Shown in pieces: positions 19,703 through 29,521 of a stretch of 64,000 nucleotides of DNA. This DNA comes from a virus, in the IMG/VR virus record IMGVR_UViG_3300044953_000426, positions 2,458 to 66,457 of that record; one strand, written 5' to 3'. A program made the position numbers and the translations under genes. Below the pieces are notes generated by a model. The model saw only the letters and a program-made list of their open reading frames with translations, was not told the origin of the DNA and did no database searches. Numbering within the stretch: the stretch's first letter is position 1; each line of letters begins with the position of its first letter.

Positions 19703-20630
19703 TACCTAATTTTTTAAGTTCATCTTCTTCACTATCTTTTCTTTTAGATCCAATAGCTGGAAGTTTATCTTCGCCTAATGCTTTAAGGATCATTCTCATT
19801 ACTCCTTTAGTGTTAGTAGCTCCAAATTTATATTTGTCAAGATCATTTAACACTTTAACATAAGTGTCATAATCTTCAGCTTTTAATTTTTCAATTTTAT
19901 CTACAAGTTTCTTTACTAAATCAGGTAAACCAACTTTAGCTGCTTCTTTAGACTTAGCTTGAGCTGCTTTAAAGTCAGCACTTGATAAACCACCATTTTC
20001 AGCTTCTTTAATTGAACGACCTGTTTTAATTTGTGACTGAGAGTATTGTTTAATAATTTTATCAATTAAATCACTATTATCTACAAACCAATTACCCGCT
20101 TTAGATCCAGCGGCTGTTGATTTTGGTAATTTAATTTTAGCAATGTCCTTTTCAGATGGTTCTTCTTCATCACCTTTTTCTGGTTGTGCTTTTTTACCTT
20201 TAATTTTACTTTTACCTATAAATAAATCTTCAGCATCACCACCACTAACAAATATATCACCTTCACCTGGTTCTTCATCAGCAGCTTTTTCTGGTTTAAT
20301 AGTTGTTACTTTTAATAATTGGTTACGAATATCAGGAGTAAAAGACCAGTTAACACCAGGGGCAGCATTTTTTTCAATGTCACTTTTTAATAATTCAACT
20401 TCCATTGGATCAACATTTTGATCTTTAGCTATTTTAATAAAATAATTAACAACTTGTTGTTTACGATCTAATTTAAATTTACTAGGATTTTTAATTCTAT
20501 CTTTAATTTGTGGAAAATCAGTGTTAAGTTTATATTTCTCTTTAGCAATACGTGCCATTTCCTTTACAGGAACTTTAATTTTAAGTTTTGCTTCAGTAAT
20601 AAATTTTTTAAGATCAAAATTATCTGCCAT
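19659..20630 (-). CDS. Putative internal head protein
   Basis: Leader MADNFDLKKFITE; K/E-rich. Confidence 0.65.
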   Translation of the reverse strand: MADNFDLKKFITEAKLKIKVPVKEMARIAKEKYKLNTDFPQIKDRIKNPSKFKLDRKQQVVNYFIKIAKDQNVDPMEVELLKSDIEKNAAPGVNWSFTPDIRNQLLKVTTIKPEKAADEEPGEGDIFVSGGDAEDLFIGKSKIKGKKAQPEKGDEEEPSEKDIAKIKLPKSTAAGSKAGNWFVDNSDLIDKIIKQYSQSQIKTGRSIKEAENGGLSSADFKAAQAKSKEAAKVGLPDLVKKLVDKIEKLKAEDYDTYVKVLNDLDKYKFGATNTKGVMRMILKALGEDKLPAIGSKRKDSEEDELKKLGIDDKDIEIDGEEEL

Positions 20631-20657
20631 GTTTAATTGTTGTTGTTAATAAATATT

Positions 20658-21179
20658 TTAAAATATATTATCTAATATAGTATTTATACGACTGCCTGTA
20701 GATCCACTTAAAACTATCAGTTTTTTAGGCGGATATAGTGTTAATAAGCGTAATATTTCTTGATTTATATCATGTCTATAGTCAAGATCTGTTTCTCTAA
20801 CACCATTATCCTCCATCATAGTGCCAATAGGATTAATATAAAATATAATGTCATATTGATCTTTTAATGTCATTGCAGCTGTTACAAAATTAGATTTATC
20901 AGATATATTAATTGATTTAGCCAACATTGTAAATGCACTCACATCCCATATTGTTCTATCTGTTATAACATTTTCATGTAATAATTCACTAGCACGTTCA
21001 GCTAAAAATATAAGCTGACCATTAATAGTTGAATCTGTATTTAATGGAATACCTAAATCTTTTAAGTATTTGCTACGTTCAGTTGCTAATTTATAGTCTT
21101 TAAATATATTAAGTTTAGCTAAATTTTTAACTAAAGTTGTTTTACCAACTGACATTGTTCCACATAGTCCTATTTTCAT
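20658..21179 (-). CDS. P-loop kinase, NadR/Ttd14 (AAA_28)-like
   Basis: GTMSVGKTT, ITDRT..D, YDIIFY and EDNGVR motifs. Confidence 0.8.
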   Translation of the reverse strand: MKIGLCGTMSVGKTTLVKNLAKLNIFKDYKLATERSKYLKDLGIPLNTDSTINGQLIFLAERASELLHENVITDRTIWDVSAFTMLAKSINISDKSNFVTAAMTLKDQYDIIFYINPIGTMMEDNGVRETDLDYRHDINQEILRLLTLYPPKKLIVLSGSTGSRINTILDNIF

Positions 21180-21194
21180 GTATATAAATATTAA

Positions 21195-21449
21195 TTAAAG
21201 ACGTGTGTCATATTTTGGATCCTTAGCTGGTGGAATACCATTAGTATCACGTTTACGATCTAAAAAGTCTTCCTTACTATATTGATATCCAAATAACCAA
21301 TACTCTTTTTTACCATTTGGATGTATCACAGCTGGTTCTTCCCAATTGTGTAATTTACCATTTAGATGATACATAATTGTACCATCAGATGATTTTAATC
21401 GCCTTACTCCTTCATTTTTAACCATTGTATTTCTATCATTTTTAACCAT
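21195..21449 (-). CDS. Hypothetical protein with a GKLH..GPAV-type beta repeat
   Basis: NGKLHNWEEPAVIHPNGKKEYWLFG. Confidence 0.65.
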   Translation of the reverse strand: MVKNDRNTMVKNEGVRRLKSSDGTIMYHLNGKLHNWEEPAVIHPNGKKEYWLFGYQYSKEDFLDRKRDTNGIPPAKDPKYDTRL

Positions 21450-21478
21450 TGTGTTTCTATTTTATTAAATATAATTAA

Positions 21479-22786
21479 TTAATTGAGGTTAATTAAACTT
21501 TCAGCTACATAAATACCTTGAGCACCACTAACTGTAATACCACGAGCACTTAATGCATCACCTACAAAGTGTACATTGTTGTATGTTGTTAATGATAAAT
21601 CATGATAATTAACTAGTGGTTCAGGAGATAGGTATTTTACCTCAGGAATATACATCCCCCAATCATCACCAAATTTAAATACTTTATTCATATCATCAAT
21701 AAAGTTTAAAATATAGTCAAAATAAGGTTCCATCATTTGTCTTATCTGATGCATTTTTAATTGATCAATTTTAGTTGCTGATACTATATTACCTTCTGAT
21801 GTTGTAGAGGGATTTCTAGATGGTGAATAATACAATCCAGTGCTATTGATTTGTAATTTTTGTACTACATTTCTACTCCACTTAAATGGATCTTCAATAT
21901 CCTTAATTTCCATTAGGATACCAAAGTTGGTCATTTGGTTTTCAAATTCTTTTCCTTTTTTGGCATGACCATTATATGAAATATCACCATAAGTTTCTTC
22001 TACAGCAACATAAGCCGCATTGTTGTTAGTACAAAAGCTACGGAGAGATACATTATCAAATTTCTGATATAATTTGAAATCATAACTTATATCTATTAGT
22101 TTCTGGAAATATTTTTGTGGTGTTTCAAATCGAACACCAATTTGTACTGATTTAGGTTCAGTTGGTAGTTTATATTGGTCTGATAGTGATTGAGCAAAGT
22201 CAATACCTGATTTACCTACTGCAAAGATTAATTCATCATATTCAATAGTGTAATTAGCATCATGTTTTTTGTTTAAACATACTACTTGTTGATAATGGAA
22301 ATTAATATTTTCTACTGGTGTGTTCCAATAAAATTTAACACCCTTATCTAACAAATATTGATACCAGTTTTTAGCAATTTCATGTAAAAAATTAGATCCA
22401 ATGTGCCACACAGGAAATATTCTTAAATCAAAATATGGTTTAATAAATTCAGGTTCCTCTTGTGGATCTGACATGAATATTTCTTCTGGTTTAGGGTGAA
22501 AACGAGTAAAATTATCTACTACTTGTTTCATCAACTCCATTGCTTTTTCTTCACCACAATATTTAGCTAGTTGACCACCAATTGCTGTGTGGTAAGTTAA
22601 TTTACCATCACTCCAACCACCAGCACCAAGCATACCTGTCATTACCTCTTCAGGTAAGCGGTTAATTGGATCATTACCTTTGTCTATGATAGTGATCAGT
22701 TCTCCAGAGTATCCATTATCTACAAGTTTAGTTGCCGCGTTGATACCTGCTACACCTGCTCCAACAATAACAATTCTTTTATCCAT
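21479..22786 (-). CDS. FAD-dependent oxidoreductase (COG2509-like)
   Basis: GAGVAG Rossmann motif, GAGGWSDGKL, IGVRFE, RSFCTN, FVGD..RGITVSGAQG. Confidence 0.85.
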   Translation of the reverse strand: MDKRIVIVGAGVAGINAATKLVDNGYSGELITIIDKGNDPINRLPEEVMTGMLGAGGWSDGKLTYHTAIGGQLAKYCGEEKAMELMKQVVDNFTRFHPKPEEIFMSDPQEEPEFIKPYFDLRIFPVWHIGSNFLHEIAKNWYQYLLDKGVKFYWNTPVENINFHYQQVVCLNKKHDANYTIEYDELIFAVGKSGIDFAQSLSDQYKLPTEPKSVQIGVRFETPQKYFQKLIDISYDFKLYQKFDNVSLRSFCTNNNAAYVAVEETYGDISYNGHAKKGKEFENQMTNFGILMEIKDIEDPFKWSRNVVQKLQINSTGLYYSPSRNPSTTSEGNIVSATKIDQLKMHQIRQMMEPYFDYILNFIDDMNKVFKFGDDWGMYIPEVKYLSPEPLVNYHDLSLTTYNNVHFVGDALSARGITVSGAQGIYVAESLINLN

Positions 22787-23256
22787 TCTGGTGTGTTATT
22801 TAATTTATTATAATTTAATTTTTTTATTTCAATTTTATTTTTAATATAAAAATTTCTATAGGCATCTATTGTATCTTCCATCTTATATTCATCAGGCATA
22901 CATTGTGGTGGAGAAACAAATGGTGTTGTGGGTATTTTACCATACAACATATCTTTATTGTCTCTAATCCATAATAATACATTTTTAGTAGCATGTTGTT
23001 TACCATAACGTAAAGCAAACTCATCACAAATAACCAAACCATGAGTCAATAACCAATCAAAATGATAAATTGATTCACGAACCCATTTAGTTGATGGATG
23101 GTTGTAGTGTGCTTTTTTATATGGTGCTTCAAAACCATAATGCCAAAATGTTGTACATAACATTTGCGCTGATTCAATCTGCATTTTACGAATATGATCA
23201 TCAACTAATTCTTTAGCTGCTACAGTCGGATCAGAATGTATATAAAATATATTCAT
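22750..23256 (-). CDS. Pyrimidine-dimer DNA glycosylase (DenV)-like protein
   Basis: Likely start MNIFYI at 23256; HIRKMQIESAQMLCT, HYNHPSTKW, PQCMPD and AYRNFY motifs. Confidence 0.7.
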   Translation of the reverse strand: MNIFYIHSDPTVAAKELVDDHIRKMQIESAQMLCTTFWHYGFEAPYKKAHYNHPSTKWVRESIYHFDWLLTHGLVICDEFALRYGKQHATKNVLLWIRDNKDMLYGKIPTTPFVSPPQCMPDEYKMEDTIDAYRNFYIKNKIEIKKLNYNKLNNTPEWIKELLLLEQV

Positions 23257-23292
23257 TAGGTTTAAATATAACATCTTTATCTTGCGCAGGCA

Positions 23293-23380
23293 AAAAAGTA
23301 GCCCATCTTTTTGATGGGCCACTACTCCAATTTATGTTATACTCTTTTGAGTGAACGGGCAATGAATCCGTTCTATATGT
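23293..23380 (-). ncRNA. Candidate ~85-nt small RNA
   Basis: Promoter motif 23385-23392, hairpins GAACGG/CCGUUC and ACUC/GAGU, terminator GCCCAUC/GAUGGGC plus U-run. Confidence 0.45.
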
Positions 23381-23395
23381 GATTATAAATATATA

Positions 23396-25351
23396 TTATT
23401 TTAGTTTAAGCTTAATAATCTCAGCTATTTTTGTTATTGAACCTATTTCAATAGTACCCTGAATTGAGCCATTGTTTCTGGCGTTAATTTTAACTAATTC
23501 ATGTTCACCACCTTTATTTACTTTCATTTTGATTTCTAAACCACCATATGTGTCTGAATCAGTTATTTCAATAGGATCAATATCACCTGTTTCATCTACT
23601 AATAATGACAATGAAGTTCCTCTTTCAAATGTTTCAACTGTGCCAGTTGTACCTTTTGAATTAGCAATAACTTTAAAGAACGCTGGTGATGTGTCACTTA
23701 AAGACATAGCAAAGGCTGCTAATGCTAGTAAAGCATCATCATATTCTTTTGGATTTGATTGAGTAAAGAAGAAATTTATTGCTTTTAAAGCCGCGTATTT
23801 ACCTCTTAAAAATCCAATATCATTTTTTAAATCACCTTTCCCAGCTTTATATGTTATATTTTCTGCTTTTTTAACATCACTACTAATTTTCTCTCTTAAA
23901 CGTTCAATACCTTGTTTATATTGTTCAGCTTTATATTTTTGTTCATCACTATCTAAATTATACTCTGTTTTAGCTTTTCTGAACTTATCAAAATATGCTT
24001 TTGCTTTACCACCTTGTGCTTTTTCAAACTTAAGTGATACAGCGGTTAATGGAGCTTTTTTAGCACCCCATGTTTCATTAAAAGCTTCATTTAATACTTC
24101 AGCTGCTGATGCCCCATTTTCTTGTTCAGAAGCACTACTTAATATTTTTCTAGCTTTTCCTTCATCTAATATAACATAAACATCACCTGGACACCATTTA
24201 TCAGCTGGTAGTCCTAATTTTTCATTAGCTAAAGCTCTATATTCATTGAATATACCTGTTCTAGTTAAAGAAGCACCACCATAAGCTTTTTTTATAGTTA
24301 ATGCTTGAGACAATGGTTGATTTAAATTACTTAAAGCTGTTGGGGAGGGTTCTAATTCTTTTAAATACTCATTTAATTCATTTGTAGTATTCTCGTCTAT
24401 ACCCTCAACACTACCTACTATTTCCCCCAATTTAATAATCACATCCTCAAAATTATCTTCAGTCACAGGAGTAGTAATTGATGACTCATAAAACAATATA
24501 ACTAAACCTTCTTTAACATTAGTTGATGTAGCTACTGTTGAGCCACCTTTAACAGATATAATATATGATTGATCACCTTTAATTAAAGTTGTAGTACCAA
24601 TTGATGACCAACCTACACTTTTTGGATTATAAGTTGCTTTAACATTACCTGATGATTTTATATTAGATAAAATATCTTTTCTACCTTTAACATCTCTAGC
24701 ATTAACACCAGAAAAATATACTTTGTATTTATTACCTCCACTTTTATCTTGAACTACTTTTTCAGGGCCTAAAGCAGCTACATTTTTATCTTTTTTTAAG
24801 AATGATAAAATTTCAGACTCTGGACTTTCTTTAAGTAATTTAATACTTAACTTTCCTTCAGTTAATTCTTCAGGTACTTCCTCTTCTGCTGGTGTTTCTT
24901 CTGGAGTTTCCTCTGGAGTAGAAGTCATTTCAGTGTCAGGACCTTGAGTTGATGGTGGTGTACCTAACATTAATAATTCAGCTATGCTGATAGTAACTTT
25001 TTCTAGTTCACCAATACTAGCTAACCAGTATTTTTTGCCACTTACTTTAGCCTCATATTTGTCATCACCCATAAATGTTAAATAAAATGAGCGATTGTTG
25101 TGTAAAACAATTTTAAATACAGTTGGTTTTGGTGCCATTATATAAACACCAACAATATAATTTCTAAAATCATCAGTTAATAATTCAACTAATGTTTTAG
25201 TTAATGTAGGATACTTTTGTAACATGAACTCTAAAGGATTAGATTCATAAGTAATCTCAGGTGTCTCAGGAGCAGTGTCTTGAGGTACCTGATCAACTAC
25301 TTCTTCTTCTTCCTTTATTGGTCTTGATCTTATAATTTTAATCTTCTTCAT
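23396..25351 (-). CDS. Large putative internal protein with a PD-(D/E)xK nuclease-like domain
   Basis: N.KEGL, DKWCPGDVYV and AVSLK motifs; leader MKKIKII..IKE and acidic linker. Confidence 0.55.
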   Translation of the reverse strand: MKKIKIIRSRPIKEEEEVVDQVPQDTAPETPEITYESNPLEFMLQKYPTLTKTLVELLTDDFRNYIVGVYIMAPKPTVFKIVLHNNRSFYLTFMGDDKYEAKVSGKKYWLASIGELEKVTISIAELLMLGTPPSTQGPDTEMTSTPEETPEETPAEEEVPEELTEGKLSIKLLKESPESEILSFLKKDKNVAALGPEKVVQDKSGGNKYKVYFSGVNARDVKGRKDILSNIKSSGNVKATYNPKSVGWSSIGTTTLIKGDQSYIISVKGGSTVATSTNVKEGLVILFYESSITTPVTEDNFEDVIIKLGEIVGSVEGIDENTTNELNEYLKELEPSPTALSNLNQPLSQALTIKKAYGGASLTRTGIFNEYRALANEKLGLPADKWCPGDVYVILDEGKARKILSSASEQENGASAAEVLNEAFNETWGAKKAPLTAVSLKFEKAQGGKAKAYFDKFRKAKTEYNLDSDEQKYKAEQYKQGIERLREKISSDVKKAENITYKAGKGDLKNDIGFLRGKYAALKAINFFFTQSNPKEYDDALLALAAFAMSLSDTSPAFFKVIANSKGTTGTVETFERGTSLSLLVDETGDIDPIEITDSDTYGGLEIKMKVNKGGEHELVKINARNNGSIQGTIEIGSITKIAEIIKLKLK

Positions 25352-25769
25352 TATTATCATCTAATTCATGAAAGCCTTGAGCGGCTTGATCAATATAGTT
25401 TTCAGCGTTTGTTATATGGTCTTGAATCCAACCTGGTATGTTACGTTCTTTATCACCTAACATTATTATTAATTTAGAGCAAGAACTCATAATAGATTGT
25501 AAACTAGATTTAGCCATAGCTACTTCGTGGTCTTCACCTTCTTCTTTTACAATTTGGGCTTGTAACTCATCAGGTAATTTCTTTTGATCACCTTTTAATT
25601 TAGGATTGTCATCATGTTTATTTGTAAATGTAGCACCTTCTTCCATATATCCACACTCATTACACATCTGTCCCTCCATTTCACATCCACAGTCAGGACA
25701 TTGTTTTTTTTCTAATTCATTAATAACTTGTTTTAATTTCCAGCTATGTATGTTAAAATTGTCTTGCAT
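25338..25769 (-). CDS. Putative internal head protein with a CxxC..CxxC zinc finger
   Basis: Leader MQDNFNI..VINE; CPDC..CNEC; PGWIQDHIT. Confidence 0.65.
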   Translation of the reverse strand: MQDNFNIHSWKLKQVINELEKKQCPDCGCEMEGQMCNECGYMEEGATFTNKHDDNPKLKGDQKKLPDELQAQIVKEEGEDHEVAMAKSSLQSIMSSCSKLIIMLGDKERNIPGWIQDHITNAENYIDQAAQGFHELDDNNEED

Positions 25770-25771
25770 AT

Positions 25772-26149
25772 TTATTTAGTTTTTCCCCAAGTTTTTCCTT
25801 TACCTTTTTTCTTACATCCAGCAGGTGTTGGTCTACATGATGGATATTTAGCTCTTTTTTCACCTTTCTTTCTTCCACATGGTTTACATTTTGTTTTACC
25901 ATCTACTTTACGGCATGTATTACAATCAACCCATCCACCTTCACTCCCAGCTGCTCCTCTACGACCAAACCATTTTCTTAATGATTCATCTTCTTTAAGA
26001 TCTTTCCAAATTTTACCTTTACGACATCTAACAATAGCACCTGATTTGTAAGCGGATGGTTTATCATAACGCCTATCAGCAATACGATGACATCTATCTT
26101 TTTTCTTTTCAAGCAGAGTTTCAAGTAATATGTCTGTTAAACGAATCAT
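25772..26149 (-). CDS. Small basic Cys-rich protein
   Basis: Leader MIRLTDILLE; PSAYKSG, SLRKWF..WVD, YPSCRP. Confidence 0.7.
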   Translation of the reverse strand: MIRLTDILLETLLEKKKDRCHRIADRRYDKPSAYKSGAIVRCRKGKIWKDLKEDESLRKWFGRRGAAGSEGGWVDCNTCRKVDGKTKCKPCGRKKGEKRAKYPSCRPTPAGCKKKGKGKTWGKTK

Positions 26150-26703
26150 TATGCTAATAATTTAATTATATAGTTTTTAACCTCACCACTTTTAACAATT
26201 GTCAAAGCAGTTTCAAGTGTAGCAAGTGATAATTTTTTTGATTGTATAGCTTTAATAGCTGTCACACCTGAAGCCAATAATATAATAGCTACAATTACAT
26301 GAAATATAAAACTAGATATTTTTTTAGCTTTAGTTCCATCTTTAACAAAACGTCTAACAATCAGTTCAAGTGGTTTTACATATAAATAATGTAATTCATC
26401 AGCTATATGACCCATTTGTTGGAGATATTTTTCAACATCTCCTTGTTTAGTTGGTTTTTTACCTAAAGTTCTGTTAACAATATTAGTAACAGTTTTACCA
26501 AAGCGAGCTATTAAACCTAAGATAGCTGGTAATGCTAAAACAATACTAGTTGTTATTACTATTTCTTCTTTTTGATTTTTAGATTTATCTTCTAAAGAAT
26601 CTTCAATATCTCTTAAAAGAGTACTCATTTGACCTTTTAAGTCATTAAGAGCCTTCTTAGCTTCAGGATTTAATGTATCTATTTCTTTAATTCTAATTTT
26701 CAT
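26149..26703 (-). CDS. Putative internal protein with two hydrophobic helices
   Basis: Leader MKIRIKE; hydrophobic segments IVLALPAILGLIA and FIFHVIVAIILLASG. Confidence 0.65.
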   Translation of the reverse strand: MKIRIKEIDTLNPEAKKALNDLKGQMSTLLRDIEDSLEDKSKNQKEEIVITTSIVLALPAILGLIARFGKTVTNIVNRTLGKKPTKQGDVEKYLQQMGHIADELHYLYVKPLELIVRRFVKDGTKAKKISSFIFHVIVAIILLASGVTAIKAIQSKKLSLATLETALTIVKSGEVKNYIIKLLA

Positions 26704-27014
26704 TATTTCATTAATCTAGCTGTCTTATTTTTTAAATTCTTAAGTATATCTCTATATTGAGCTAACTCAGATCCTTTAGGGACTTTTTGTAAATAATCAA
26801 CTAATTGATCTAATTTATCATATATAAATTTAGGATCAATATCATATTCAATATCCCAAGAAAATTTACCTGTCTCAGGATCAATACTTTTTAATGTTGA
26901 TTTAACTCCAGTTTGAGGATCAATTTTAGTTTTTCCTATCTCAACTGAGGATGTATCAGTATATGATGCTTCAACTAACTCTTTAATAATATTTTTTAAC
27001 TCAGAGCGTTTCAT
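26703..27014 (-). CDS. Putative internal head protein
   Basis: Leader MKRSELKNIIKE. Confidence 0.65.
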   Translation of the reverse strand: MKRSELKNIIKELVEASYTDTSSVEIGKTKIDPQTGVKSTLKSIDPETGKFSWDIEYDIDPKFIYDKLDQLVDYLQKVPKGSELAQYRDILKNLKNKTARLMK

Positions 27015-27457
27015 TACTTATCAGTTAAATCTTTTAACTCATCAACTACATCTTTAGTAGCTTTTTTGTTTTTCATGTATTCCTGTACTTTAGCTAAAGT
27101 TTCTTCTTTCATTTTCTTGTAAGCTTCAGTTGCTTTCTTTACTTCATCTTTTTTCTTATCACGTTCTTTAAGTAATTTTTCAGCTAATTTTTTAGCCTTA
27201 TTTTCATTAATGAATACACCTTTGATGTCTTCTGGTTTTAATCCACCAACTACTTGACGAGCAAAGTACATTACATTTTCACATTTGAAGCAAATATCAT
27301 CTAAAGTAGTACTAGTAGATGGTTTTTCAACCACCCAAAATTCACCTACTTCATCAGTTTCAGGAGCAAATCCTTCATTGATTACTTCTTCTTCAACTTT
27401 AGGTTTAACTTCTTCAATTGCTTCTCTGATTAATTGTTTTAATTCAGATTTTTTCAT
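27014..27457 (-). CDS. Putative internal head protein
   Basis: Leader MKKSELKQLIRE. Confidence 0.65.
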   Translation of the reverse strand: MKKSELKQLIREAIEEVKPKVEEEVINEGFAPETDEVGEFWVVEKPSTSTTLDDICFKCENVMYFARQVVGGLKPEDIKGVFINENKAKKLAEKLLKERDKKKDEVKKATEAYKKMKEETLAKVQEYMKNKKATKDVVDELKDLTDK

Positions 27458-27717
27458 GATTTATATATTTTTATTTTTAATTTACCTGCGCCTTTTATTG
27501 TTCTATGCCATATATGACGTGGTATAAATATTGGTTGGGTCATAGACACTGGTAATTGGTTATCAAGTTGTATTAACCAATCTGTAGGTTCTATAGCTTC
27601 AACCAACCTATTTTCATCATCTCGATGCCACATTAGCTCTATAGGGTCAATGTTTTCATCAAATTCCCTAATTATATACTCATCTGTCACAACTAAGTCT
27701 ATATATGGTTGATTCAT
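27454..27717 (-). CDS. Small cupin-like protein
   Basis: WHRD.E and IFIP...WHR.IKG cupin-type motifs; likely start MNQPY. Confidence 0.6.
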   Translation of the reverse strand: MNQPYIDLVVTDEYIIREFDENIDPIELMWHRDDENRLVEAIEPTDWLIQLDNQLPVSMTQPIFIPRHIWHRTIKGAGKLKIKIYKS

Positions 27718-27718
27718 A

Positions 27719-28027
27719 TTAATCATTTTTTGTGGCTTTTCTTACTAAGCCCCATTTAGGTAATTTTTTACCTTGGTATTCACCATCCATTTCAAAGTTT
27801 CTAACAGTGTATTTTTTACCTGTTTTAGTATCTTCTAATGATAGTTTATATCTATTTACACCTTCTCTAGACACCTTAGTTACTTTAAGTGGTAATGACT
27901 TGTCAAGTTTCTCACCACCTAATGGAAAATTTTTAGGTGCTCTAACAACATCACCTTGTAACACTTGTCCTTTATAATTAGATAAATTTATACCTATTTC
28001 ACTTAATATGTCAAACAACTTTATCAT
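27719..28027 (-). CDS. Putative internal head protein
   Basis: Leader MIKLFDILSE. Confidence 0.65.
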   Translation of the reverse strand: MIKLFDILSEIGINLSNYKGQVLQGDVVRAPKNFPLGGEKLDKSLPLKVTKVSREGVNRYKLSLEDTKTGKKYTVRNFEMDGEYQGKKLPKWGLVRKATKND

Positions 28028-28344
28028 TTTTTATTTCTAATTAGAAGTTCACCTAATACTTCCATACGTCCTACTTCACGTTGAAATTCAATTTGAGTCA
28101 TATTTAATGATATCTTTTTATAAGTATCTTCAAATTCTTTTATAGCTGCTTCTTTATCAAATTTACCCTCAGCTGCTTTTTTATAGTATGGAGCTTTAAC
28201 TTTAAAATGATGCCATGTTAATAATGCTAAACCACCTTTTTTTTCAGCATTTTCTGAGATTTTAGAGGCTCCTTTACCACGAATAGTAGCAAAGTCTTCA
28301 AATTTTTCTTTTACCTCTTGTAATATATCTAATAAAGTAATCAT
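28024..28344 (-). CDS. Putative internal head protein
   Basis: Leader MITLLDILQE (start 28344). Confidence 0.65.
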   Translation of the reverse strand: MITLLDILQEVKEKFEDFATIRGKGASKISENAEKKGGLALLTWHHFKVKAPYYKKAAEGKFDKEAAIKEFEDTYKKISLNMTQIEFQREVGRMEVLGELLIRNKK

Positions 28345-28850
28345 TTTTTTACACAATTAGGATATTTTTTACCAAACATTGTTTTCATTCCTTTTTGAGT
28401 ATATCCTTTCCAACATTTTTCTTTTAATAAATCTTCATTCTGTTGTATTGGAGCATATCCAGAACCATAAGGTACTGCTTTACCTGATTGTGGATTTGAT
28501 GTTTCTTTATTTAAACTTTTAGTTTTTTTCTTAGATGCTTCTCTACGTTTTTCAATATAATCTAAAGCACGTTTTAGTCTAGCTTTAACTTCAGGATCTT
28601 TAGCTCTACCATAAGCTGCTCTAATACGCTGATGAATTACATTTATAATTTGTGATTTACGAGCATGTGGTTTAGCTTTAAATGTCTTTTTAGCTAATGT
28701 ATCTTTGACATCTTGAGCTGTTTTAAACTTTATACGTACAGTATCTTTTGGATTTTCATCAGTATACAAACGACGGCCTGATCCTTTAGGTTTTTTACCT
28801 GTACCTTTTTTAGGATCTGCTTCGTTTAGTATTTCTAGCAGTTTTATCAT
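28341..28850 (-). CDS. Basic putative internal protein
   Basis: Leader MIKLLEILNE; GSGRRLYTDENP; C-terminal KCWKGY..PNCVK module after an LKE site. Confidence 0.7.
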   Translation of the reverse strand: MIKLLEILNEADPKKGTGKKPKGSGRRLYTDENPKDTVRIKFKTAQDVKDTLAKKTFKAKPHARKSQIINVIHQRIRAAYGRAKDPEVKARLKRALDYIEKRREASKKKTKSLNKETSNPQSGKAVPYGSGYAPIQQNEDLLKEKCWKGYTQKGMKTMFGKKYPNCVKK

Positions 28851-29110
28851 GACTTATATATCTTTAATAATAGTTTATCATGGCCTTTTATAACACGATA
28901 CCAAGTATGTTTTGGTATAAATATTGGTTTGTTCATAGATATTGGTAGTTCATTTTCTAGTTAAATCAACCAATTATTAAAATTAATAGATTCTATAAGA
29001 CAATTTTCATCATCATAATGCCAAAGAAATTCGATAGGATCTATATTCTCATCAAACTCTCTAATAATATATTCTTTTGTTGTTTCTAAATCCTTATAGG
29101 GATGGCTCAT
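28847..29110 (-). pseudogene. Degenerate paralogue of the cupin-like gene 27454..27717
   Basis: MSHPYKDLETTKEYIIREFDENIDPIEFLWHYDDENCLIESINFNNWLI*LENELPISMNKPIFIPKHTWYRVIKGHDKLLLKIYKS; TAA at 28961-28963 where the paralogue has Gln. Confidence 0.85.
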
Positions 29111-29520
29111 AATGTTATTTCATCCGGTATTTCAAATTGCCATACAGTAGCCTTACCATTTTTTGACATTAATGCTGTAAGTCTAGTATTACCACCAATT
29201 AATTCTTTATATCCATCTGAATATAAAGCAACAATAGGCATTTCTACAGTACCTGTTTTTATTTGTGTTAGTGCTCTTTTAACTTTATCAGGATTTAAAG
29301 TTTTAAGAGAATTTGGTTCACTAGCATCAGTATTATTAATATCTTTTGCTGATGTTATATTTACTGATTTGCCAGTTTTGGCTAATTCTATCCATTTAGT
29401 CTTACCTAATTTTTTAAATTCAGGATAACGAGTTGCTTCTTCCCATTCAAAATCAAAATTAGGTTCTTTGTATTGAATTTTTTTTGAAATTTCTTGTAAT
29501 ATGTCAATTAGTTTAATCAT
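29107..29520 (-). CDS. ParB/Srx-like domain protein, putative internal protein
   Basis: Leader MIKLIDILQE; MPIV..YKELIGGNTRL motif. Confidence 0.6.
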   Translation of the reverse strand: MIKLIDILQEISKKIQYKEPNFDFEWEEATRYPEFKKLGKTKWIELAKTGKSVNITSAKDINNTDASEPNSLKTLNPDKVKRALTQIKTGTVEMPIVALYSDGYKELIGGNTRLTALMSKNGKATVWQFEIPDEITL

Positions 29521-29521
29521 A

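Noticed and set aside
28961-28963. Stop-codon reassignment (TAA to Gln)
   Set aside because: TAA is the usual stop throughout, core genes are intact in the standard code, and this copy has other damaging substitutions.
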